This document shows, in pieces, positions 38,423 through 46,700 of a stretch of DNA of 51,778 nucleotides (position 1 is its first letter; each line of letters opens with the position of its first letter). The stretch comes from a virus (Duplodnaviria; Caudoviricetes): positions 1 through 51,778 of IMG/VR virus record IMGVR_UViG_3300043783_000043, one strand, 5' to 3'. A program made the translations under genes and the position numbers. The notes below the pieces were generated by a model, which was not told the DNA's origin, did no database searches, and saw only the letters and a list, made by a program, of their open reading frames with translations.

Positions 38423-38512
38423 CGGTTCATCCCCGCGCGTGCGGGGAACGCGACAAGCTGCTGAAGAAACACGCAGCCATGATCGGTTCATCCCCGCGCA
38501 TGCGGGGAACAT
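38423..38512 (-). CRISPR. Type I-E CRISPR mini-array (2 repeats, 1 spacer, no cas genes)
   Basis: 29-nt repeats ATGTTCCCCGCATGCGCGGGGATGAACCG (38484-38512) and GCGTTCCCCGCACGCGCGGGGATGAACCG (38423-38451); 32-nt spacer 38452-38483. Confidence 0.9.
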
Positions 38513-38518
38513 GCAGCT

Positions 38519-38800
38519 CTACTTCTTGTTGTAGCCCATGGCCTTCGATGGCTTGCCACCCATGCCTTCTGTGGTGCGCTTGCCGTCCAGGCCAGTCCGC
38601 CGGCCGCCGAAGGCCGTATTGCCGTGGTAGGTCACGCCGTCGTTCAGGCCCCCGCCATCGGATAGGTTCGTTTTGGCGAGCCTGCGGTTGCCGGTGCTGA
38701 TATCGGCGGCGCCGCCGGGAAAGCGTTTCAGTGGCCCCGCAGGCACGGCAGGACGGCCGCCAAATTTGGTTGTCGGCGGGCCCATTAGGTTTGGCGTCAT
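38519..38800 (-). CDS. Small basic Gly-rich protein (93 aa)
   Basis: GAGA SD before ATG38800. Confidence 0.65.
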   Translation of the reverse strand: MTPNLMGPPTTKFGGRPAVPAGPLKRFPGGAADISTGNRRLAKTNLSDGGGLNDGVTYHGNTAFGGRRTGLDGKRTTEGMGGKPSKAMGYNKK

Positions 38801-38850
38801 GTCATTCTCGCCGCTCGGATTGAAGCCCGTTTTGTGACCGCAAAAGCTTG

Positions 38851-39072
38851 TCATTTGCGCCCCCTCTGTTTGCCGCGATCACACAAGCCGCCCGGCAACT
38901 TGTCCTGTGGCTGCGCAACGCGCATGATCTTGCTATCTGCCGCGGATGCCGGTAACGCGTAGCGCGAAAGCACGGTCGTCCGAATCGGACCATCATACTT
39001 CAATTCTCGAGTCGGCGGCACTCGCGGTTTGCGATTTGCTATCCCGAGCACCTTGTCTCCCATGGACTTCAT
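38851..39072 (-). CDS. Small basic protein (73 aa)
   Basis: ATGA coupling. Confidence 0.6.
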   Translation of the reverse strand: MKSMGDKVLGIANRKPRVPPTRELKYDGPIRTTVLSRYALPASAADSKIMRVAQPQDKLPGGLCDRGKQRGRK

Positions 39073-39233
39073 TTGCGGGCCTTGCCTGTATGCGGATTGA
39101 TCGGGAAACGCAACTTGTCGTTGAGGCGCGATCGCCGCTCAACATTCTTCGCCATGAGCTTTTCGGGGTAGCGCGCGTACTTGGTTGCTTTGATCGTGCC
39201 ACCGTACTTGCCAGGCTGTCCCACGACTTTCAT
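39069..39233 (-). CDS. Small basic protein (54 aa, MKVVGQPG...)
   Basis: ATGA coupling at both ends. Confidence 0.6.
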   Translation of the reverse strand: MKVVGQPGKYGGTIKATKYARYPEKLMAKNVERRSRLNDKLRFPINPHTGKARK

Positions 39234-39514
39234 GGCTTCGCCCCCATCCATTTTGCTACCAGCGCAACAGCCACGCCGCCGCCTACTACCATCAGAAAAT
39301 TCATGGTCCAGCGGCCCAGATTAAAATAGATAGCTGCCTGTGTCAGTATCTTTTCGATCTTCGCAAACCGCTCTGTCGTCTCTCTTTCGATTCTGTACAG
39401 GCGTGCCGCGTTTTCTTCGTGGCGCTGCTGCTGCGTTTCCTCGCGCCGTCGCGCGTCCGTTTCAATCATCTCCAAGCGGCGAATGATTTGATGCATATCC
39501 GCAGGGACGCTCAA
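39230..39514 (-). CDS. Coiled-coil protein with C-terminal TM helix (XhlA/holin-like)
   Basis: TTG start after GGAG; FLMVVGGGVAVALVAKW. Confidence 0.55.
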   Translation of the reverse strand: MSVPADMHQIIRRLEMIETDARRREETQQQRHEENAARLYRIERETTERFAKIEKILTQAAIYFNLGRWTMNFLMVVGGGVAVALVAKWMGAKP

Positions 39515-39518
39515 TTCG

Positions 39519-39908
39519 CTAGCTCCAATAGCTGACGGACATGGTTGTCCCTTGCACCTTGATTGCCGCAATTGCCGCCGCGCCCTGGACGGGCAGCGAT
39601 GCGCCGGCCGCAAGCGAGATGGCGTAGTTCACGGAACTTGGCGTGGACCCGTCATAGGTGACGTAAAGCGGGCCGCCGATTGCCGTGATAACGGCGTACG
39701 TAGGCGGATTGTTTACTGTCGTGCCGGGTGGCGACGTGGCACCGCTTGGGACGGTCAAACCTGTCGCAACTGCAATGCTGACATTCTCTTGCGAAGGAAG
39801 CTGGATACGTGACGGGTAGTCATCGGAAACCATCCGCGACTCGCCTTGCTTCACAGCCTTGGCCATGAAGCTGTTTGGAAACAAATTTGCAGAATCAACG
39901 CCAGCCAT
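39519..39908 (-). CDS. Virion-module beta protein (129 aa)
   Basis: LTVPSGA, YDGSTP; GAAGGG SD. Confidence 0.7.
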   Translation of the reverse strand: MAGVDSANLFPNSFMAKAVKQGESRMVSDDYPSRIQLPSQENVSIAVATGLTVPSGATSPPGTTVNNPPTYAVITAIGGPLYVTYDGSTPSSVNYAISLAAGASLPVQGAAAIAAIKVQGTTMSVSYWS

Positions 39909-39946
39909 GTTTCCAAACCCTTCGATCGAGTCAGTCTAGCGGATGG

Positions 39947-40591
39947 CTACCAAGCGCCGATCGGGAACGTCAAGAACAGGATACCGGCTTGCAACCCTCC
40001 GTACATGCACATACGGGCGGTTGTGTAGAAAGGAACCGCCGAATGCGGCCCGGTTGATCCGCCAACTCCGCGGAGATTAAGCGCCGGTCCGAGCGTCGGG
40101 ACGGTCCCCGGTGGTACACCTGGAACGTTCGCTGCCGTGGAGGCGGGGCACGCAGAGCCCCACACGAGATTCGCGGCCGTGACGGTCGTGGCGACCGATG
40201 TGGTGATGCCCGTAGTCCCATTGAAGGCCGTGATCGTGGTTCCGGCCGGAATGGTGCAGGGCGTGATTACGTTCGACGCGGCGCATGAAATGACCGCACC
40301 TACAAGCGGAGTGTTGGCCGCATTCGGCGTTGTCGCCAATGTCAGCGCTGTGGTTCCGGCCGACGTACCGATGCCGCCGCCGCCCGACGTGTACAGCTCG
40401 CCAGAGCCCTCGGTGACCAGTATTTCGACCGGACCATTGCCGAGATCGATCCATTGCTGATTCTGGTCAAACCGCGGCTGTTTGTCCGAAGTCTGCGCGT
40501 GCGCGCCCGAAAGCATCGCGGTGACGAGCGCGAGAGCCGCAAGTGTGTTGATCGCGAGCCGACGCGCCCAGCTCTTTGCGTAGTCCAGCAT
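39947..40591 (-). CDS. Signal-peptide Thr/Gly-rich virion-module protein (214 aa)
   Basis: ...AALALVTAMLSGAHA|QT; IPAGTTITA fibre-type motif; paired Cys. Confidence 0.7.
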   Translation of the reverse strand: MLDYAKSWARRLAINTLAALALVTAMLSGAHAQTSDKQPRFDQNQQWIDLGNGPVEILVTEGSGELYTSGGGGIGTSAGTTALTLATTPNAANTPLVGAVISCAASNVITPCTIPAGTTITAFNGTTGITTSVATTVTAANLVWGSACPASTAANVPGVPPGTVPTLGPALNLRGVGGSTGPHSAVPFYTTARMCMYGGLQAGILFLTFPIGAW

Positions 40592-40625
40592 TGTGAGTGC
40601 TCCCTGTAGCGTAAACGTCGCCGAA

Positions 40626-41372
40626 TTAGTCGGCAGTGAAGCCCGCGCCGCCGCGCCAGTGGCGCGCCTGGTTGAACATGACCTGAACGACAAAACCGGG
40701 GGATGTCACATCGTTACCGATTTGCTCACCCGAATTGATGATGCGCAGCGGCAGGGTCGCTGTGGTGGCGAGCGATGCCGGATCCAGCGACATTCCTGAG
40801 ATGCCGAACCGCGTGGACTGGAAGCCTGCATTAGCTTTCACATCGACGCCAAGGTCCAAATCTAGGTTGAAGGTGGCACCCGCGCCGCCACCCGCGGGAA
40901 CTGTCGGCATGGTAGCCGCCATGTAGACCTGAGGATCGGTTTCGACGAATGCCCACGCCTCCGTGCTGGCCGGAGTGTACTGCCACCCGTTCTTGGCCAT
41001 GTACAGCGAGATCGGTCCCCAGCCGACCACAACGCCGGCAATGACGCTGGTCGTGTCGGCGGGCACCCATCGCGAAATGTTGGCCGCCATCGAACCGTTG
41101 CCCAGCAACGAGCCGCCGCCGTTGCCGACGACAAGACCGCCGGGCGCACCGATGTTCGGAAGCAGGTCACCCGCGCCCTGAACGCCAATGGTGGCGGAGT
41201 TGATCACGACAATATCGCCGCGGAATATCGCCAAGGCGTTGGTCGCCGCGATGTGGAAAGGCCGAACGGATGCTTGCGCCTGCGGGCCGCCGTCGCCAGG
41301 CGTGGTCGGCAAAAGACCGCTGTAATGCTTAAAACCACCGCCAAGGATGGGTTGGTTAACGATCTGCACCAT
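40626..41372 (-). CDS. Capsid decoration/cement-like protein
   Basis: AIFRGDIV, IAGVVVG, VETDP, TGxS-like FGISGM, TLPLRII; the gene type usually just before the capsid gene in this phage type. Confidence 0.65.
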   Translation of the reverse strand: MVQIVNQPILGGGFKHYSGLLPTTPGDGGPQAQASVRPFHIAATNALAIFRGDIVVINSATIGVQGAGDLLPNIGAPGGLVVGNGGGSLLGNGSMAANISRWVPADTTSVIAGVVVGWGPISLYMAKNGWQYTPASTEAWAFVETDPQVYMAATMPTVPAGGGAGATFNLDLDLGVDVKANAGFQSTRFGISGMSLDPASLATTATLPLRIINSGEQIGNDVTSPGFVVQVMFNQARHWRGGAGFTAD

Positions 41373-41472
41373 TGCTCGGCCCTCCCAGAGCCCCTAGAGA
41401 CGAATCAGCGTCGAATCAGGCGTAGCAAATAAACTTGTCCTACGTCAAACCACCCGTATGACATTTAGTGGA

Positions 41473-41500
41473 TTGCAAAGTGTCATACGCTGTGCTAGGA
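41473..41500 (+). promoter_or_regulatory. Promoter flanked by inverted CGTATGACA boxes
   Basis: TTGCAA...TGTGCTAG, as in P1; boxes at 41455-41463 and 41481-41489. Confidence 0.55.
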
Positions 41501-41527
41501 CCGTACGTACACAAAGGAGTAGAGACG

Positions 41528-41674
41528 ATGACAAATTGGCTGGCTTTTTTACTTGGCGCATGCGCAATGACCGTGCCGAGCATTCTGTTGCTTTCGCTTC
41601 TTGCCTGGAACGCACCGGAACTGTGCGACGAATTGCGCGTGGACGTACGCGATGATTCGGAGCCGCAACAATGA
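41528..41674 (+). CDS. Small membrane protein (48 aa)
   Basis: AAGGAG SD; one hydrophobic helix and an acidic tail. Confidence 0.65.
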   Translation: MTNWLAFLLGACAMTVPSILLLSLLAWNAPELCDELRVDVRDDSEPQQ

Positions 41675-41829
41675 ACATGCCTTGGGACGTACCGCCGGAA
41701 CCCGTACGCGTGCCCTGGGATGTGCCATCAAAGCCTGTACGCCCAGAGCTGGTCAAAGACCCGGTAACGGGGCTGTACCCCGGTCAGATAGATGCTGATG
41801 ACATTCCAGGGTTTCTGAAACGTACGTGA
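41671..41829 (+). CDS. Small protein (52 aa) with 2x PWDVP repeat and FtsZ-tail-like C-terminus
   Basis: Not in ORF track; ATGA-coupled, GGAG SD; ends DADDIPGFLKRT. Confidence 0.7.
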   Translation: MNMPWDVPPEPVRVPWDVPSKPVRPELVKDPVTGLYPGQIDADDIPGFLKRT

Positions 41830-41840
41830 GGAGCGTCACA

Positions 41841-42017
41841 ATGAACATTATGCAAACCGTACGCTGCATATCAGGCCGGCATGAACTGGTATTCTGCGAA
41901 GGCTTTCCGGTGCTGGCAGAAGATTGTATTCGCTGCAAACACTGTCCGTACGTCAGTCCGCGCGCGTTGTCGGCTCCGGCGGCACATCATCACGTAGCCG
42001 CCGGAACGCAGTCCTGA
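41841..42017 (+). CDS. Small Cys/His protein (58 aa)
   Basis: GAGGAG SD; CISGRH...CIRC. Confidence 0.6.
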   Translation: MNIMQTVRCISGRHELVFCEGFPVLAEDCIRCKHCPYVSPRALSAPAAHHHVAAGTQS

Positions 42018-42019
42018 CG

Positions 42020-42409
42020 CTATTTCCTGCACACACCTGTAATAAAATAATCGGCTTCAGGGTCTCGCATCAATTCCTGGGCGGCGACCGAAAAATCCGC
42101 CGCCGAATCGAAATACGCGATAGCCCAAGTTTTCACATCGTGTGCCGCGCGGCCGACTGATGTAGCAACACTCTGCGCAAGGTCACGCGCGAAGTCACCG
42201 TCTGTGTAGTCGTACTTGGCCGTTTCATAGAAACTAGGCCCCCGGGCTAGCTGTCCATGAAGCTTCGTTACGCTGCAAAGGTACCAACATGTCGGGCTGG
42301 AACATCCCGACGTTACCCTTGGAATCTTGGGTTGAGGCTTGGAAAACTCGGGTTGAGCGAGTGCAGGCGTTGCGAGCAACGCCAAAATAGGAAACAGAGC
42401 GATTCTCAT
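42020..42409 (-). CDS. Secreted hypothetical protein (129 aa)
   Basis: MRIALFPILALLATPALA|QP; AGGAGG SD. Confidence 0.75.
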   Translation of the reverse strand: MRIALFPILALLATPALAQPEFSKPQPKIPRVTSGCSSPTCWYLCSVTKLHGQLARGPSFYETAKYDYTDGDFARDLAQSVATSVGRAAHDVKTWAIAYFDSAADFSVAAQELMRDPEADYFITGVCRK

Positions 42410-42419
42410 GACACACCTC

Positions 42420-42794
42420 CTAAAACGAAATTGGGTAGTACATGGTGCCGGTAAAGTAGTAGCTTTCCCTTCCGTCCATCAGGTCTTCGGCAGTATCCTG
42501 GAAGCTGCCCGGATCGGTAAACGTGCCGATGTTGCCGATATTTTGGAAAATTCCGCGCATGTTCTGCGCCAGTTGGTTTGCGAAGGCAAAGGCCTCACCC
42601 TGGGTCGTCCATCCCTGACGAGGCGAGATGAAAATATTCGGACCATTGCCATAAATAATGTGGCCCGGCGGCGGATAGGAAGTCCATGCGCCATCTTGCG
42701 ACAGCGCAAACCAGCACTGGCCGACAAAACAGCCGGCCGCTTTTGCAGGAACCGCAAACAAGAGCGAACACAACAACAGAGTTAGCTTTTTCAT
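42420..42794 (-). CDS. Secreted hypothetical protein (124 aa)
   Basis: MKKLTLLLCSLLFAVPAKA|AG; C-terminus loosely similar to 42020..42409 (xLM...YFxTG). Confidence 0.75.
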   Translation of the reverse strand: MKKLTLLLCSLLFAVPAKAAGCFVGQCWFALSQDGAWTSYPPPGHIIYGNGPNIFISPRQGWTTQGEAFAFANQLAQNMRGIFQNIGNIGTFTDPGSFQDTAEDLMDGRESYYFTGTMYYPISF

Positions 42795-42823
42795 AATTTA
42801 ACCCCTTTCCAGTTGTCCGTACG

Positions 42824-43123
42824 TTAGTCTTTTAGATAATCCTCCAATGTCAATCCGATGTCAACCTCAGCCTTTGGCATCCACGATTTAGCTTCGCGGC
42901 GCATGGCGGCCCGTACGACTCCGGTAACCCCGCTATCGCGTGCGCGCTCGAATAGCAGGATTTCGCCTTCCGCGAGCGCCATGTCCACTTCGCGGTCGTC
43001 CTTGAGCGATTCCATCGTGATGCCCGCCGCGCGTGTCGCCAGTTCCGGCGGCACGCCATCACGCAACCGCTGCAGCATCACGTCACGCGGCGTTTTGGAT
43101 TGCTGTGTCCACGGGCCGAACAT
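42824..43123 (-). CDS. Possible terminase small subunit (HTH)
   Basis: LRDGVPPELATRAAGI HTH, LAEGE...LFERA, C-terminal TLEDYL. Confidence 0.5.
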   Translation of the reverse strand: MFGPWTQQSKTPRDVMLQRLRDGVPPELATRAAGITMESLKDDREVDMALAEGEILLFERARDSGVTGVVRAAMRREAKSWMPKAEVDIGLTLEDYLKD

Positions 43124-43126
43124 CGC

Positions 43127-43354
43127 CTACTTTACTACTGTCAGGGTGGGCTTTGAGACGTCCGGACGTACTGTAAAGTCGCACCCCGGTACTCTTTCTA
43201 TTAAAAGATTGATACCTTCAATTGCCATGTACAAAGCACGATCTAGGTCGTTCATGCCGCCAAAGGTACTAGCAGCCTTGGCATAGCAATCTAGCCGCTC
43301 TGCAAGTTCGATCCATGAATTGATGGGCGCCGGTTCGTCATTCGGATTGCTCAT
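43127..43354 (-). CDS. Hypothetical protein (75 aa)
   Basis: Operon coupling. Confidence 0.65.
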   Translation of the reverse strand: MSNPNDEPAPINSWIELAERLDCYAKAASTFGGMNDLDRALYMAIEGINLLIERVPGCDFTVRPDVSKPTLTVVK

Positions 43355-43632
43355 TTTAACCTCGCGCGGTTCGTACGGGGATCGTACGTAAAAGCCGATG
43401 GATGCTTGCCGCTGGCCTTCGCTGCGCGATCGAGTGCCCTGCCCGCGGCTCCGAGTGATTCACGTTTCTGGCCCTCAGGCGTCAACCGCTCCGAATTTTG
43501 GTGTACGTGGCCGCGGTCACGCAGGATCGATAGCGCCATATCGCGCGCCTTGTGCGCCGGGGTGCCGCTGTCCTTGAGCTGCACCGTCAGCCGGTCGATT
43601 AAGCCGAGGTGCATAGACTGTTCATTGTTCAT
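43351..43632 (-). CDS. Hypothetical protein (93 aa)
   Basis: LTPEGQKR...RALDRAAK...FTYDPRTN. Confidence 0.7.
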   Translation of the reverse strand: MNNEQSMHLGLIDRLTVQLKDSGTPAHKARDMALSILRDRGHVHQNSERLTPEGQKRESLGAAGRALDRAAKASGKHPSAFTYDPRTNRARLK

Positions 43633-43787
43633 GGCTGTACCGATAGGATGAATTTTGCCTGCCGTAAGTACGCAGCCTTAAACTGCTCTGGCTGCGCCGC
43701 ACACGCTGCTTGCTGCGCTGTTGGTGTCGCTAGCGCGATGTTGTTGTCCAAGATGCAAAGCATCAAAGCAAGCTGAATGACTGTCAT
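43629..43787 (-). CDS. Small protein (52 aa, MTVIQLAL...)
   Basis: ATGA coupling at both ends. Confidence 0.55.
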   Translation of the reverse strand: MTVIQLALMLCILDNNIALATPTAQQAACAAQPEQFKAAYLRQAKFILSVQP

Positions 43788-46700
43788 TGTGTCATTGCTC
43801 CTACGCCAAGCCGTGCCCCTGCGTATCCGGTAAGATCGCGAACCGTACGGCCTGTACGGGTGCGCTCCGCTTTCGCCGCGGCCAATTCCGGCACAAGGTC
43901 CTCGAATCTTGCCGGGTTGCCGGCCGCCTTTTCGCGTGCCCAACCCGCCAAATCGAGTGCCGATTTCCCTGCGGCGAGGTACTTGCCGATGCCGGGCACG
44001 TTTTCCAGCCGAATTTGACTCAAGATCGATTGTTCGGTGCCTGCCGACGCAGTGCCCGCTTTCACACGCATGGCGTCCCATGCTTTGAGTGCCGATTGAT
44101 CATTTTGCGCAAACGCGCGGAAGGCACGGTCTGCCTGACGGCCCGCTTCGCCTTTAAGCGCCGCAGCTTTATCCAGCTGCATGCCGTTTGTGGCATCCAT
44201 CAGTCGAGCATAGCGCGTATCGAGTACCTTCAAGCGCGCGATCATCTGTCCGCCTTGCTGGTCACCAAATGCAAACGTCGCGGCCTTCTCTTGTTGTTTA
44301 CGTACGCCATCCGCAAGTGCGCGATAGTCTTGTGCTGTTTGCGTACGGCCCGCCGTTGTGCTGGTCATGGCATCGCGTTCAAGGTCTAACAGCGCCGAAC
44401 GTGCATCTTTAAGTTGCACCCATTTTTCCCGCCAATCCTTGGCGGGCGCTGTAACCGCCATCTCCGCACGCTCGGCGGTGTTTTGCATGGCCGGCGACAT
44501 TTTCGCGGTTCGTGCGACAGCGATAGGGCCATCCGGCAGTGTTTGCTGACCCTGTGGCGGGCGCAATTCAGCTTCCCGCAGTACGGCCGCCGGATCGCGA
44601 AATGCGCGGCCAGTACCCATCTCGCCTTCAAGTTGCTGATAGCCCGCACCGATACGTGCTCGCTCGACCGCCGCCGGCCGCGTCACCTCGGCTTCACGTT
44701 GTGGCACGCCTTCCGCCGTGACCTTGTGTGCGTACGCGGCTTCATCGGGCTTCAATCCTGCGTCCTTAAGTACGGTTTCTGCTTCTGTACGCGCCTTGTC
44801 CGCAGCGTCGTACTTCGGATTTGGCGCGGCGCCAGTCGGTCCTGCGATCTTCGGTTGTTCCGTTTTCAGGACTTCATCCGCATCGTAGAACTTTTTTGCG
44901 GCGCTCTGTATCGCGGTTTGCGCGTCAGGCGAGAACATTGACCATACCTTGTGGCCGGCCATGCCAAGCGCGCGGCCAAACATTTCACTCAGCCCCGCGC
45001 CCGCTGCCCCCTGCGTGGCGGCTTCGGCCACGTCGCCTGCGTCGCCACCCTCGATAGCCTTGGCGCCGCCCTCGACAGCACCCGCGCCAAGCGTACGCGT
45101 CAGCGCGCCAACGACAGGCCGCCCCTCGGGCGCAACGCCAAGCACACCTCCCAGGGCGCCCTGCTTTGCAATCTCGGTCGGGTTTTGCGGATTGCCACTG
45201 AACCAGTCTTTGAGTATCTGACCGCCCGCGCCGCCCGCAGCGCCGCCGCCGACAACGCCCGCGGGCCCGGCCATGCCGCCGGCCATGGCGCCAACTATCG
45301 AACCGCCTTCGGGGCCGTATTGCTTCGTTGCTTCAACGCCGCCTTCCGCATCACGACCGAACAGCAGCCCGGCAGCCACCCTCTTGTACCACGGCATTTC
45401 ACCGTAGTTCTTAGAGATAGCTTCGGCCTCAGTCATGCGCGGTGCGCGCTGATTCGCTGACAGGGGAGGCGCTTCGGTGCTTCCGCTGGCCAGCATGCGC
45501 GCGCCCGCTGCGGCGCCCGTTGGTGCATCCGTGCCGTTGTAGCGCGCCTCCCACAGACGTGTGAAATCGCCCGACGTAACCTTGTTAACGTCGCCACCCG
45601 CCGCCGCGCGCATTGTAGGCGTCATGTTGCCCCAAACGGCCTGCTTGGCGAGCGAATCCGTACGGTAGTACGGCTTTAGGTTCTGCCACGCTACGCCGTC
45701 CGGATTGTGCAAATGCGCTTCCAATCCGGCCTCGCCTTGTTGGTGCATCAAATAGACGTTTGCAGCCGTTGCCGGGAAGCCGTCCTTTGTCAGCTTTGCC
45801 GCGCGGGTCTGCATATCCGTCTTGAGCGCCGTACGGGTTTGCTCAACGTCATCGGGGTCAGTGATGCCATGACTTAGCATCTCCCCTTTCGACCACTGGC
45901 CGAGCCCAACATACGAGCCTGTCTTCTGGTTGGGCTTAAAACCGCTTTCCATTTGAATCGTACGGTTCGCCGCAGCGTCTAACGCTTGCGGGTTGTCGAG
46001 CTTCATTCCGGGCGGAAGCCCACTACGGCCCGGAGTACTACCGCCGACCGGTGGCGAAGGCGTGCCGTCCGGGCGCGTTGGTCCGCCACCCGCCGCAGGC
46101 CCAAAGGTGCCACCGGTTGCACCCATGGTCGAGGGGTTACCCGCGGCGGGTGGCGAAGACGGCTGTTGTACGGGCGCGGCAGTAGTCGCGCCCGGAATGC
46201 TGCTGCCCGTGGGGAGCATGACACGCCGATCGCCGACTGCGACCATCGGATAACCGGCAATCTCGCGTTTGCTGTTGGCAACGGCGCTGTTGTACGTTGC
46301 CAGCAATTGCGGATCGCCGGTCAATTCTTTCGAAAGCCCTAAATCTTCCAAATTCATGCCGTAGCGGCCGGCGGTCTTGAATGGCTGACTAAGACGCTCA
46401 CTCGCCTCTTTCACCAATTCTTGATGATTGAAATTGGCAACCGCCTTAATGCCTTCGATCGAAGGCGGCGCTGCACGCTGTGACGCCGGCTTTCCGAACC
46501 ACTCCTTAAGTGCTGCGGTTTCGTTCGCAATCGTATTGCGCGCCTTGTCGATGTTGCCGTACTTTGCTTCTAACATTTTCGTCAGGCCGATACTGCCCGC
46601 GGCCTTTGTGCCTTCCGCAACGTCGCGGCCAACCGCGCCAAGAGCGTCAGACAGGTACGCCATGCCCGCGGCGGATTTGTACAGGTCCGGGTTGTTTGCA

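Noticed and set aside
38235-38700. Plus-strand ORFs across the CRISPR repeats
   Set aside because: Translations such as GSSPRMRGT and RFIPAHAGN are typical spurious repeat-derived peptides.
41790-41829. DDIP as an SSB C-terminal tail mimic
   Set aside because: The SSB tail needs a terminal IPF-COOH; here IPGFL is followed by basic residues, which fits FtsZ better.
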